Source: Terracidiphilus sp.
Lineage (GTDB): Bacteria > Acidobacteriota > Terriglobia > Terriglobales > Acidobacteriaceae
Reading direction: 5' to 3'
NCBI GenBank assembly: GCA_049793195.1
Contig: JBARBP010000167.1
Location: 1,576 to 65,575, forward strand
Length of the DNA: 64,000 nt
The position numbers and the translations under genes are program-made. Of the stretch, positions 26,964-36,840 are shown one piece after another. Below the pieces are notes generated by a model. The model was not told the DNA's origin. It searched no databases and saw only the letters and a program-made list of their open reading frames with translations. Every line of letters begins with the position of its first letter. Position 1 is the stretch's first letter.

Positions 26964-28523
26964 ATGCTTTCGAATGCCGAGCGGTCTCTAGATCCTTCTG
27001 ACCTTGATGCTGAAAGCATTCGCGCGGCCAGCGATGCTCAAAGGGCGTTTCATGGCGCCCCGTCTCGCAATGGTCATGTGCCGCGCCAGGGAATTCGGCA
27101 GCGCGCGGGCTCGCTCTCTTCGCGCCCTTTCCTGCTTTCATCGTCTGGGGCTTGGGTCGTTTTGGATTTTTCGCTCATCCTGGCCGTGGCAGCTTTGACG
27201 CAAATCGGTTCTGGAAAAAGCCCTCTGCCCTTTCAGTCCGGCTATGCCTGGGTACTTGCCGGGCTCCCCTTCGCTCTTCTTGCTCTCGTGTTGGCCCATC
27301 TTTCCGGGTTGTATCGAAAGAAAGCGAACGGGTCCGTATTCATTGATTCCGCTCTGATCCTCCGAGCCGTCGTTCCTGCCGGGCTCGCGCTCTTTGGTCT
27401 GCAGAAACTCTGGGGGGTTGCTGCCCTCCCTTTTGACTTGATCGCCCGCGAGGTCGTCCTTTCGGGAGCCGCTCTGTTCCTCGTCCGCGTGCTTTGGCGG
27501 CAGCGAAGGGATCGTCTCTATCGGCGCGATATCGCATTGCGAAATTTCCTCATCGTAGGCGCCGACGAGATTGGCCAGAACGTGCGCTCTTATCTCACAT
27601 CTCTGCGTTACAGCGGATACCGTTTTCAAGGCTTCGTCGCAATGTGTGAGCCGACTGACAATCTGCTGAGCGTCAATGACGATGAACTCGTCGGCGAGAT
27701 TCACGGCGTAGTCGAAATTGCGCGCAGTCGATTCGTCGATGAAATCATCTTCTCCAGGCGTCCTGCAACTCCCGGCGTCCTCAGCCGCGTCTTGCATCAG
27801 GCGCAAGCGATGGGCATTTCCATCCGCCTCATTCCTAGCCTTACTGAAACATTGGTCGACCGCACAGATGTCGAATTTGTCGGGGACTTGGCCACCATTG
27901 CGGTCTATCAGGTCAGGCAGCGCCCGGTTTCGCTCTTTGTCAAACGCGCAATTGACCTTGTCGTTGCATCTCTCGCATCCGTCGCGCTTCTCCCCCTTTT
28001 CGCCCTGATTGCCATCCTCATCAAGCTGCAATCACCGGGCCCGGTGTTTTACCTCAGCAAGCGGGTCGGTCACAAAGGAAGGGTCTTTACCTGCATCAAG
28101 TTCCGCACCATGGTCGATAATGCAGCCGCGTTGCAGGCGCAACTGGCCCACATGAACGAACGCGACAAGGTCGCCTTCAAGATCTCCAATGATCCTCGCG
28201 TCACCTCCCTGGGCGCGCTCCTTCGCAAGTACTCTCTCGATGAACTGCCGCAGCTCTGGAATGTCATTCGCGGCGACATGAGTCTCGTTGGGCCGCGCCC
28301 GCCCCTCGATTCTGAAGTCGCGCAATACGACACTGACCACCTGCGCCGTCTCGATGCCGTACCGGGAATCACAGGCCTTTGGCAGGTCGAGGCCCGTCAG
28401 GATCCCTCGTTTGATAAGTTCGTTTCTCTCGATAGTAATTACATCAATCACTGGTCTCTCCAACTGGACATGAGAATCCTGCTCCGTACTATCACAGCCG
28501 TGGTTCGCGGGACAGGCAGTTGA
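26964..28523 (+). CDS. exopolysaccharide priming enzyme: polyprenyl-phosphate glycosyl-phosphotransferase (WbaP/bacterial sugar transferase family)
   Basis: N-terminal TM segments, central Rossmann-like region. C-terminal SPGPVFY...KFRTM...DPRVTSLGALLRKYSLDELPQLWNVIRGDMSLVGPRP is the Bac_transf signature. Confidence 0.9.
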   Translation: MLSNAERSLDPSDLDAESIRAASDAQRAFHGAPSRNGHVPRQGIRQRAGSLSSRPFLLSSSGAWVVLDFSLILAVAALTQIGSGKSPLPFQSGYAWVLAGLPFALLALVLAHLSGLYRKKANGSVFIDSALILRAVVPAGLALFGLQKLWGVAALPFDLIAREVVLSGAALFLVRVLWRQRRDRLYRRDIALRNFLIVGADEIGQNVRSYLTSLRYSGYRFQGFVAMCEPTDNLLSVNDDELVGEIHGVVEIARSRFVDEIIFSRRPATPGVLSRVLHQAQAMGISIRLIPSLTETLVDRTDVEFVGDLATIAVYQVRQRPVSLFVKRAIDLVVASLASVALLPLFALIAILIKLQSPGPVFYLSKRVGHKGRVFTCIKFRTMVDNAAALQAQLAHMNERDKVAFKISNDPRVTSLGALLRKYSLDELPQLWNVIRGDMSLVGPRPPLDSEVAQYDTDHLRRLDAVPGITGLWQVEARQDPSFDKFVSLDSNYINHWSLQLDMRILLRTITAVVRGTGS

Positions 28524-28548
28524 GTGACGCGCAAAGGATAAATCAGCA

Positions 28549-29475
28549 GTGACGATGTCAAACAAATTTCGCGGCAGAGAGAGCACCCTGAGGGTCGTCG
28601 CCGGCACCACCGCCGCCGTCGACTGGGCGCCCATGGAGCGTCTCGACATCGGCTCAATTGCCGTTGACCAATATTCCGAGACCGCCTTGGTCGATGAAAT
28701 CCTGCATCACTCCCTCTTTGGCGACTCCACGCGACAACTGGTCACGGCCAACGCCCAATTCTATGTATTGGCCCAGAGATCCAGGCGCTTCCGTGAGTGC
28801 CTGCGCGATGCCGACTACATTTGCGCCGACGGTATGCCGATAGTCTGGGCATGCAACTCGCTTTACGGCGGCCGAGTTCGGCGAATTGCCGGTGTCAATT
28901 TGATCGAGAAACTCTGTCAGCGCGGTGCTGCGCACAGACTGAGCGTGTTCCTGCTCGGCGGCCGGCCGGGTGCGGCAAACTCGACCGCCGAAATTCTCAA
29001 GAGACGGCATCCAGGCATCCAGATCGCCGGCGTAAGTTGCCCGCCATTCGGCTTCGAAAGACGCGAAGCGACACTGCAACCTGTCCTCGACCATATCGCT
29101 GACGCAAAACCGAATGTTCTCTTTGTCGGTCTTGGAGCTCCCAAGCAGGAGTTTCTGATTCATCATCAAATCCGCTCCCTGCGCGTGCCTCTTGTCATCG
29201 GCATCGGAGGAAGTTTCGAAATCCTTTCTGGAAAACTGAAGCGCGCTCCAGCCTGGATGCAAACCAGCGGCCTCGAGTGGGCTTATCGTCTGTCGCAGGA
29301 GCCCGCCCGCTTATGGCGGCGCTATCTCATCGGCAACTCCGAGTTCCTTTGGCACATTGTGAAATCCAGGCTCACCAGTGTGTCCGCGAAAGAAGAAGGC
29401 ATCGTGTTCGGTTCCTCAATGGGTTCGGCGCCTATCGTCATCGCCGGCGGCCACAGCAATAAATTGTCGAATTGA
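28549..29475 (+). CDS. WecB/TagA/CpsF-family glycosyltransferase (GT26)
   Basis: VTANAQFYVLA...ICADGMPIVW...VFLLGGRPG...FVGLGAPKQEFLI...GIGGSFE...AP.WMQ..GLEWAYRL..EP.RLWRRY. Start uncertain (GTG 28549, ATG 28555 or ATG 28633). Confidence 0.85.
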   Translation: MTMSNKFRGRESTLRVVAGTTAAVDWAPMERLDIGSIAVDQYSETALVDEILHHSLFGDSTRQLVTANAQFYVLAQRSRRFRECLRDADYICADGMPIVWACNSLYGGRVRRIAGVNLIEKLCQRGAAHRLSVFLLGGRPGAANSTAEILKRRHPGIQIAGVSCPPFGFERREATLQPVLDHIADAKPNVLFVGLGAPKQEFLIHHQIRSLRVPLVIGIGGSFEILSGKLKRAPAWMQTSGLEWAYRLSQEPARLWRRYLIGNSEFLWHIVKSRLTSVSAKEEGIVFGSSMGSAPIVIAGGHSNKLSN

Positions 29476-29585
29476 ATACGGAGATGCAATGCAGACTGTT
29501 TGGTGGCAACTCGCTCGAATGAATTGATCGAGTTGTCGATGTAACGAGAAACCAGGTGATTCCAAAAAACTGTGCAGGTGATCTT

Positions 29586-30155
29586 ATGGCTCAAAGCTCA
29601 ATTTTCAACAAGATAATCCGTGGTCTATCCTTGCTCGCCATCGGCGGCGCTTCCCTGGCACTGGGCCAGGTCGGGCCGGCCGGGACATCGGGTTCGGGTC
29701 TTAACGCCTTTGTCTCTTTTGGCGGTCAAAAGACACACGTCATCAACTTCACTTACAACGCCCTGGGCGTCGACGGTGGCGTGTTCATCCAGCGTTCGCC
29801 GTGGCTCGGCGTTGAGGTTCGCGCCGCAACGTATCCTATGTTCGCGCGCTATCCGCAAACGCCCTTCACGGCGGGCTATCGCCTTGAAGTCCCCGTTCGC
29901 CGCATGTTTGTGACCTCTGCCTACGCCGGCGCAGGCATGTCCTACGCCGTGGATGCGGGGCCGCACTATGTGGCGCTTCCGGCTCAATGGGCGCCCTGCT
30001 GGCAAGTCAGCCAGAGCCTGGCCTTCGATACTGGGCGGCTAAGGTGGAAACTCGCCGAGGCAACATTTACTGACACCCACACCACCCTGAGGAACTTACC
30101 TGCTTTCTCGCTGACCACCGGTGTCGTCTATTCCATTTCAAGCAGTAGAAGGTAA
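29586..30155 (+). CDS. hypothetical secreted protein, possibly a small outer-membrane beta-barrel
   Basis: ATG 29586 with AGGTGA upstream. Signal-like IIRGLSLLAIGGASLALGQ. Alternating hydrophobic/aromatic pattern. No family recognised. Confidence 0.5.
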   Translation: MAQSSIFNKIIRGLSLLAIGGASLALGQVGPAGTSGSGLNAFVSFGGQKTHVINFTYNALGVDGGVFIQRSPWLGVEVRAATYPMFARYPQTPFTAGYRLEVPVRRMFVTSAYAGAGMSYAVDAGPHYVALPAQWAPCWQVSQSLAFDTGRLRWKLAEATFTDTHTTLRNLPAFSLTTGVVYSISSSRR

Positions 30156-30214
30156 TTTTAACCAGACGCGTCCATTGGGCCATTATCAATATCACCGTCT
30201 AGCGGGAGAACGTT

Positions 30215-32581
30215 TTGAGTACATATGTCCAATCCACCTTCAATGCCGCGGGGCACCGGCGCAATCGCGAGCTGACCCTCGGGGATCTCTGGGATCTTTG
30301 TGTCCGCCGAAAAATTGTCATTCTGTTGCCTCTCGCCGCGATGGTGACTATTGCCATTCTTATTTGCGTCTTCAGCCAGCGGCGTTATCAGGCGACCGGC
30401 CAGCTTCAGGTTCAGAAAGAGTCTCTCGATGGACTCGGCTTGTCCAGCATGATCGGAGACAGTGCAGGCGCGACTGACGCTCTCGATGCAAACATCACCA
30501 TTCAGACAGAAGCTTCCATCCTTCAGTCGGACACGCTGGCGCTCCGGGTCATCAACGATTTGAAGCTCGATTCCACTCCGGATTTCCAACCCCGCTTCAA
30601 GGTACTTGGCTGGATCTCGGGACTACTAAGCGCGTCCGGGCCGGGTGATCCCGTAAGTGCATCGCTTGAAGACTCACCCAGACGGCGCTCGCATGCGCTG
30701 CTGGTCTTTTCTAAAAATCTGAAAGTCAAGATTGTGCCGGGCACTCGGCTCATCACCGTCATGTACACCAACCCCGACCCAAAGGTGGCTGCGGATGTCG
30801 TCAATCACCTGATCGTTTCACTTGAAGACTTCGGCTTTCAGACCCGTTATGTCGCCACCTCTCAGGCTTCGGAATGGCTCGGCGGTCAACTTTCTGACTT
30901 GCGCAAAGAGAGTGAAGATCTCCAGGCGAAAGTAGCTCAACTGCAAAAGGACTCCGGTGTCTTCACGCTTGGAGAAGGCGTCGATGTAGACGGAAAATCG
31001 CAAGCGGGTACGGGAATCTACAGTAGTGTCCTCGACCGTTTGCAGCAGGCCACAGCCTCGCTCACCCAGGCGGAATCCAACCGCATCCTCAAGCGCGCTA
31101 TTTACGAGGCCGCCAAATCCGGCAACCCCGAGCTCATCTCGGGTCTTGCTGGCAACTCCGGTTCTCCCGGCTTGTCTGCCGGGCTTGCCAGTTCTCTCTC
31201 GCTCATTCAGAATCTCCGCCTCCAACAGGCGACCCAGCAGGGGCAACTCGATGAGCTTTCGGCAAAGTTTGGGCCTGCATATCCAAAGCTCGACGAAATG
31301 CGCAGCAACATCGCTGCGCTCGACAAGGCAATCCACGATGAAGGTGTGCGCATCCAGGAGCGCGCCAATAACGACTATGTAGTTGCGCAGCAGGTTGAAG
31401 ACGGAGCCCGCGGAATATTTAACCAGGAGAAGCAGGACGCCGACAGGCTAAACGATAAAGCCATCGAATATATGATCGTTCGGCAAGAGGCTGAACAAAG
31501 CCGCGGACTCTACGAGACCCTGCTTGGCCACTTGAAAGAAGCTGGAGTTCTTGAAGGGCTGCGCTCATCCAATGTCAGCGTCGTCGATCCGGCCAGAGTG
31601 CCGTCCAAGCCGGCCAAGCCAAATGTGCCGCTCTATCTTGCACTCTCAATGGTCGGCGGTTTATTTATTGGCGGCTGCAGCGCCATTGTCGTGGATATTC
31701 GCGACAACAAAATCCGTAATCTCAAGGAGTTTGAGGCCGAAGTTGGAAAAGAGGCCATTGGCGTCCTTCCCGTGTTTCATTCAGCTCGCCGCAAGATTCC
31801 GGCCAAGGCAGAGTCCAATGAAGCGCTCGCGGCTGGTGGTCGGCCGCGGGTGTTAGCCCTTGACGAACCTCAATCCTCCTACATCGAAGCACTTCGTGGA
31901 TTACGTACCTCGCTTCTGCTCTCGCGCGGAGGAGCCCCACCCCAGGCGGTTCTCGTCACCAGCTCAATCGCCTCTGAGGGAAAAACAACCCTCTGCATTA
32001 ACTTGGCGGTCCTGCTCGCCCAGCATGGCAAAAAGGTTCTGCTCATCGACGCCGATCTCCGCCGGCCAATGTTGAATAAGATTCTGCACAGGAGCTCGGG
32101 GCCCGGTCTCAGCTCCATACTCGCGGGCCACATCGAGCAGGACCCGTCGCTCGCTTTTATCGCGTTTGAGGAAGTCCCGGGACTGCGCATCCTCTGCGCT
32201 GGCCCAATACCTCCGTATCCCTCTGAGCTGTTGGGATCCAACCAAATGCGCATCCTCTTGCAGCAATGGAGAAGGGAGTTCGACTTCATTCTCTTCGACA
32301 GCGCTCCCATTCTTCCTGTCACCGATTCAGTAATCCTCAGCGGTCTTATGGACGCGAAGTTGCTCGTCGCACGTTTCGGCGCAACCGAACGGCAGTCGGT
32401 TGAGCGCAGCTACTCGCTTCTTTGCGGCGCTAACGGTGCTGATAAAAAAGTCAGCATCGTTGTCAACGCGGTAGAACAAAAAGACAATTCCTACTACGCG
32501 TATTACGGATACTCGGATTCCGTTTATCACCATTCCCGTTCCCGTTCCCACTCCCATTCCATCGAAGCGAGCGTCAAATGA
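30215..32581 (+). CDS. polysaccharide co-polymerase / BY-tyrosine kinase (Wzc/GumC/EpsG-like)
   Basis: N-terminal TM + Wzz-like periplasmic coiled-coil region, second TM. Kinase domain Walker A TSSIASEGKTT, A' LLIDADLRRP, B FILFDSAPILPVTD. C-terminal Tyr cluster NSYYAYYGYSDSVY. TTG start. Confidence 0.9.
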   Translation: MSTYVQSTFNAAGHRRNRELTLGDLWDLCVRRKIVILLPLAAMVTIAILICVFSQRRYQATGQLQVQKESLDGLGLSSMIGDSAGATDALDANITIQTEASILQSDTLALRVINDLKLDSTPDFQPRFKVLGWISGLLSASGPGDPVSASLEDSPRRRSHALLVFSKNLKVKIVPGTRLITVMYTNPDPKVAADVVNHLIVSLEDFGFQTRYVATSQASEWLGGQLSDLRKESEDLQAKVAQLQKDSGVFTLGEGVDVDGKSQAGTGIYSSVLDRLQQATASLTQAESNRILKRAIYEAAKSGNPELISGLAGNSGSPGLSAGLASSLSLIQNLRLQQATQQGQLDELSAKFGPAYPKLDEMRSNIAALDKAIHDEGVRIQERANNDYVVAQQVEDGARGIFNQEKQDADRLNDKAIEYMIVRQEAEQSRGLYETLLGHLKEAGVLEGLRSSNVSVVDPARVPSKPAKPNVPLYLALSMVGGLFIGGCSAIVVDIRDNKIRNLKEFEAEVGKEAIGVLPVFHSARRKIPAKAESNEALAAGGRPRVLALDEPQSSYIEALRGLRTSLLLSRGGAPPQAVLVTSSIASEGKTTLCINLAVLLAQHGKKVLLIDADLRRPMLNKILHRSSGPGLSSILAGHIEQDPSLAFIAFEEVPGLRILCAGPIPPYPSELLGSNQMRILLQQWRREFDFILFDSAPILPVTDSVILSGLMDAKLLVARFGATERQSVERSYSLLCGANGADKKVSIVVNAVEQKDNSYYAYYGYSDSVYHHSRSRSHSHSIEASVK

Positions 32582-33516
32582 AGCGTTCCATGTCTAACTC
32601 GACCCTTCCCATTGCCAGGCAGATTGCAATCCGTTGCTTCATGCTTTTATCTCTCGGATTATTACTGAGCGCCACTCCGCTGGCAGCTTCAGAAAGCCTC
32701 CTAATCGGCCCCGGCGATCAGTTGCACATCCAGGTCGCCGATACTCCGGAGATGGAGCAGCATCCCCGCGTCACCGATGCTGGCGAGGTTCCAATCGAGG
32801 CTGTCGGCAATGTGAAGGTTGCCGGACTCTCACCTGCCGAGGCCGCAATCGCGATTCAGGATCGGCTCATTGCCGCCCACTATATGCGCCATCCCGTCGT
32901 TCTGGTCAACATAGAGCAATATGCCACCCAGACTGTCTCCGTGATTGGAGAAGTAAAAGTGCCCGGAGCATATCCGATTGCCACGCCTCGATCGATCCTC
33001 GATGTACTTGCGCTCGCGGGTGGCCTCAATCCCGTTGCTGATCGCAACATCGTCATCGAGCGCAGCAGCGATCCAGCAAATCGCGTTCATTACAACTACT
33101 CCAATAATGCGGACGCGGCCGTAGACCTGCAGGTCCTCGTCAGCCCTGGAGACACGGTCCTTGTGCCAAGAGCGGGAATCGTCTACATCCTGGGCGATGT
33201 CAATCATCCTGGCGGATACGCGATGACCAATAACGAGTCGAAAATGACCATGCTTGAAGCCATCGCGCTCGCCGGTGGTCTTTCCAAAACGGCCAAGCAA
33301 GGGGGAGCGCGGTTGATCCGAAAAGAAAGTAGCGGATCGTATTCCGACCGCAAACTCTCTGTCGGGGATCTTGAGGAAGGCAAGATCCCCGACATTGCCA
33401 TGCAACCCGGCGATGTTGTTTATGTGCCGTTCAGTTTTGGAAGGAACCTCGCTGTATTCGGCGCGAGCAGCATCGCAGCGTCGGCAACGTCTGCCGCAAT
33501 CTATGCGGTTCCCTGA
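32578..33516 (+). CDS. polysaccharide export protein (Wza-like, Poly_export + SLBB)
   Basis: Signal-like N-terminus. LLIGPGDQLHIQVADTPE...VTDAGEVPIEAVGNVKVAGLSPAEAAIAIQDRL. Second SLBB-like GDTVLVP...VYILGDVNHPG. ATGA overlap with the upstream stop. Confidence 0.85.
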   Translation: MKRSMSNSTLPIARQIAIRCFMLLSLGLLLSATPLAASESLLIGPGDQLHIQVADTPEMEQHPRVTDAGEVPIEAVGNVKVAGLSPAEAAIAIQDRLIAAHYMRHPVVLVNIEQYATQTVSVIGEVKVPGAYPIATPRSILDVLALAGGLNPVADRNIVIERSSDPANRVHYNYSNNADAAVDLQVLVSPGDTVLVPRAGIVYILGDVNHPGGYAMTNNESKMTMLEAIALAGGLSKTAKQGGARLIRKESSGSYSDRKLSVGDLEEGKIPDIAMQPGDVVYVPFSFGRNLAVFGASSIAASATSAAIYAVP

Positions 33517-33567
33517 AGGTTGTGCCGGCGCTGCGCTCTGAAGGATGGGAAAGTTGGAGGTGTGTTG

Positions 33568-34482
33568 GTGGTAACGGAGCCCGTCGTCGGTGTTGTTATA
33601 CCCACTCGGAATCGGCCTGCCCTCGTGGTCCGCGCGGTCAAAGCCGCGCTTGCACAGACGCTGGCTGAGATCGAGGTCATTGTCGTTATTGATGGTCCGG
33701 ATCCCGCAACGGTTGAAGCTCTATCCGCGATAAAGGATAGTCGTGTAAGCGTGATTCCCCTTCCCTACTCATTTGGAGGTTCTGAGGCCAGAAACATTGG
33801 AATCAGGAAGAGCCGCAGCGAGTTCATTGGATTGCTCGATGACGACGATGAATGGAGTCCGAACAAACTATCTATGCAGCTCGAACTTGCGCGAAAATCC
33901 ACGGCGCGTTATCCAGTGGTTACTTGCCGTCTGATTGCCCGGAGTCCGGCTACCGATGAGATCTGGCCTGCACGCCAAATGAATCCGTGCGAATCGATGA
34001 GCGATTACCTGCTCTGTAGAGAGGCATCCATCCGGCAGGGAGAAGGCTTCATTCAGTCGTCCACCCTCTTTGTTCCGCGGGCCCTCATGCTTCAGGTGCA
34101 ATTCGAGTCGGGCCTTCCCAGGCATCAGGACTGGGATTGGCTCATCCGCGCCTCTGTGCACAGCGGAGTCGAATTCCTCTGGGTGTGGGAGCCGCTTGTG
34201 ATCTACCACATCGGCGCCGCTCGAAACTCAGTCAGCTCGGACCGGTCTCTCATGGCATCCATGAAATGGGTCAATGGCAATCGCCTGGTGAGTTCCAAGG
34301 CCAGAGCCTACTTCTATGCAACGCAGATCGCGGCCCGATGCAAAACGCCGGCTACGTTTTGGTCGGTTGTCTGCAACACCATGCGTTATCCCCGCGCATT
34401 GCTCATTGCCATGGGCCTTGCTCTCACGCCGCGCACTCTGGTCCATTCTTTTCGTCGGAGGAACATCCTGACACATGCTTAA
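33568..34482 (+). CDS. glycosyltransferase family 2
   Basis: VGVVIPTRNRP...VIVVIDGPD...LLDDDDEW (DxD). GGAGG at 33556-33560 favours GTG 33568 (TTG 33565 or GTG 33562 also possible; the ORF is open from 33520). Confidence 0.85.
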   Translation: MVTEPVVGVVIPTRNRPALVVRAVKAALAQTLAEIEVIVVIDGPDPATVEALSAIKDSRVSVIPLPYSFGGSEARNIGIRKSRSEFIGLLDDDDEWSPNKLSMQLELARKSTARYPVVTCRLIARSPATDEIWPARQMNPCESMSDYLLCREASIRQGEGFIQSSTLFVPRALMLQVQFESGLPRHQDWDWLIRASVHSGVEFLWVWEPLVIYHIGAARNSVSSDRSLMASMKWVNGNRLVSSKARAYFYATQIAARCKTPATFWSVVCNTMRYPRALLIAMGLALTPRTLVHSFRRRNILTHA

Positions 34483-35524
34483 GGTCTCTCTCATTGTCGC
34501 CACGCTAGGAGAACGGTCAGAGGACCTGTCCGCTTTGCTGCGCTCGCTAATGCCGCAAGTCAACTTCATCAGCGAAGTCATTATCGTCGACCAGCATCCG
34601 GATCGAGATCGTGTCCCCGCTCTTCTCAGCCCGTTCCACGATGCCCTGCCCATCCTTCATACTCGGAGCGAACGTGGGCTCTCTCGCGCTAGAAATCACG
34701 GCCTGTCCTTTGCAAAAGGGCGGCTCGTGGCGTTTCCCGATGATGATTGCATGTACCAGCAAGGCTTGCTCGAGTGGGTTGTCGATTGGTTCGAAACTAA
34801 CTTTGAGTACGACATCCTGGCGGTCGGCGTACAGGACTTCGATGGCGTGCCGAGTGGTAATCGCTGGCCGCAAGACTCGTGCGATATCAAGCCCGTCAAC
34901 GCATTCCGCACTACCTTCTCGTCTTCCCTTTTTCTGTTTACCGATCTTGCCAGGTCTACCCAATTTGACATCCATCTGGGCGTAGGGTCGGGAACTCCGT
35001 ACGGAAGCGGCGAGGAAACCGATTACATCCTGAGACTCTTGCGCTCGAATGCTCGGGGGCGTTTCGATCGGACCCGCCATGTGACCCATCCGCGTCGCGA
35101 CATGCTCAGCGGCAACGCCTCTGCGCCACGCGCACAAGCCTATGGCTTTGGAATGGGTCATGTCCTGCGCATTAACTCGCTGCGTGGCCTTTGGATGAGC
35201 TTTCTCGCTTACAATTCCGCGCGGGCAGGCCTCGTTCTCTTGCGCGGAGATGTGAAAGGCGCCCAGCTTTGTCTGGCTCAGACACGAGGGCTCTGGGACG
35301 GATTCCTGTCAGCCGACTCCAGCCCTTCTGCCTCGTCTTTGGAGTCGCCCGCAATTCTGCACCACCCGATGCATCCGGCTTCCGATCATCAACCGATCCA
35401 GTTCGCGCACGCTCGCGATGCTCAACTCCTCAAAAACCCAGTACGAGCCGTAGTGAGCGGTCCGGCAGGATTGCGCTCCAATGACGAGCTGGCAAAATCT
35501 CCGGCCAGGAGCACATTGGGCTAA
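34475..35524 (+). CDS. glycosyltransferase family 2
   Basis: VSLIVATLGERSEDL...VIIVDQHPD...AFPDDDC (DxD). ATG overlaps the upstream gene by 8 nt. Confidence 0.85.
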   Translation: MLKVSLIVATLGERSEDLSALLRSLMPQVNFISEVIIVDQHPDRDRVPALLSPFHDALPILHTRSERGLSRARNHGLSFAKGRLVAFPDDDCMYQQGLLEWVVDWFETNFEYDILAVGVQDFDGVPSGNRWPQDSCDIKPVNAFRTTFSSSLFLFTDLARSTQFDIHLGVGSGTPYGSGEETDYILRLLRSNARGRFDRTRHVTHPRRDMLSGNASAPRAQAYGFGMGHVLRINSLRGLWMSFLAYNSARAGLVLLRGDVKGAQLCLAQTRGLWDGFLSADSSPSASSLESPAILHHPMHPASDHQPIQFAHARDAQLLKNPVRAVVSGPAGLRSNDELAKSPARSTLG

Positions 35525-36840
35525 TGGCAGCTTTTATTCATAGCGAGAACATGGTGTTGGAGTCTGCCATCCTTATGCCTGATGCGCGGCCTTACGAAGC
35601 ATCGATTTGGGAAGAAGCCTCTTCCTGGCTGGCTCTCTTGCCGACTCTGTTCATTATCGTCAGCGGCAGGATTCAGACTGACACCGGCCCAGTCGCCTTC
35701 CGGTTTACCGCCATGGAAGAAGACTCCCTCGGGCGCAGATTGGCGAGACTCGCTTGCCTGCTCCTCATTTCGATCCTTATCTCGACGCGCTTCCAGGAAA
35801 TCCTGAGCGTGTGCAAAAGGTCGAAGCTCCTGCTCCTCCTTCCAGCTCTCGCGTTCGCATCGATGCTGTGGTCTCAGAACCCCACGCATACCCTTGTCGA
35901 CTCGCTGAACCTGCTGCTCACCACGCTTTTTGCAATATTCCTCTACGTGCGCTATCCCGGAGACCGGCTCGTCTCATTCCTTACCCTGTCGGCCTTTGTC
36001 GCGCTCATGCTTTGCATGCTTGCTGTCATTGCATTTCCCAGCGTCGGCATCGACGCCTTTCAGCAGGATTCCTGGCGCGGCATCTTCGGCCAACGCAATA
36101 ACTGCGCAACTGCGTGCACCTTGTTCCTCACAGTCGGCCTGCACACCAAAACCCGTGGAATGATCGAGCAACTACTCCGCGCATCGGTCATTGTTCTCTC
36201 CCTCGTTTTTATCGTGATGAGCGGCTCCAGAACGGGATTCATCCTCGCCGCTCTAGCATTCGCTCTTACGTTCGGGCTCCGCTTCATCGCCAGGATCCGG
36301 TCTCTCGAACGCATTCTCTTTTTCATGGTGATGGCTATCCCAACAACTCTGGCCGTCTTCTTGATCTATTCAAATTTCAACCAGATTCTCGCCGCGATGG
36401 ACAAGGATCCCACCTTGACCCAGCGCACCATTATTTGGGCGCAGGTCCTCCCTTCCATCGCCAAGCATCCGCTCCTCGGGTATGGCTACTCCGCCTTTTG
36501 GGCGGGGCTAAACGGCGAATCCATGCAGACCGTGCTCACCACCGGTTGGATGGAAGGCCAGGCTCAGGATGGATACCTCGACATTTTGCTTCAGCTCGGA
36601 ATCGTCGGCCTCATTCCTCTCGCCGCGCTCCTCCTGCGCGGGTTTGTGCAGGCGGCCACCGCCATCGAGCGCAAGCTCCTCGACTCCGCCGCCATGTTGG
36701 CAATCGTCCTGCTTCCCGTGATTCTGATTCAAAACATCGGCGAGTCGTCGCTGTTGCTTCCCCTCGGAGTTCCGTGGCTTTACGCGCTCATCTGCCTCGT
36801 GGTCCTTGCCTTTCCTCGCCCGCCCGCGGAGGTTTTCTAG
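35524..36840 (+). CDS. O-antigen ligase/polymerase family membrane protein (Wzy-like)
   Basis: About 10-12 hydrophobic segments, SGSRTGFILAAL motif region, large loop with HPLLGYGYSAFW. TAATG overlap with the upstream stop. Confidence 0.8.
   Translation: MAAFIHSENMVLESAILMPDARPYEASIWEEASSWLALLPTLFIIVSGRIQTDTGPVAFRFTAMEEDSLGRRLARLACLLLISILISTRFQEILSVCKRSKLLLLLPALAFASMLWSQNPTHTLVDSLNLLLTTLFAIFLYVRYPGDRLVSFLTLSAFVALMLCMLAVIAFPSVGIDAFQQDSWRGIFGQRNNCATACTLFLTVGLHTKTRGMIEQLLRASVIVLSLVFIVMSGSRTGFILAALAFALTFGLRFIARIRSLERILFFMVMAIPTTLAVFLIYSNFNQILAAMDKDPTLTQRTIIWAQVLPSIAKHPLLGYGYSAFWAGLNGESMQTVLTTGWMEGQAQDGYLDILLQLGIVGLIPLAALLLRGFVQAATAIERKLLDSAAMLAIVLLPVILIQNIGESSLLLPLGVPWLYALICLVVLAFPRPPAEVF

Noticed and set aside
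27138-28031. 297-aa ORF on the minus strand
   Set aside because: It is antisense to the priming glycosyl-phosphotransferase, whose C-terminal signature is unambiguous. I treat it as a shadow ORF.
36114-36839. 5' 726 nt of the 976-aa track ORF
   Set aside because: This part overlaps the Wzy-like gene in another frame and encodes Arg/Pro-rich nonsense. The GT2 domain begins exactly at GTG 36840, which has GGAGG 7 nt upstream.
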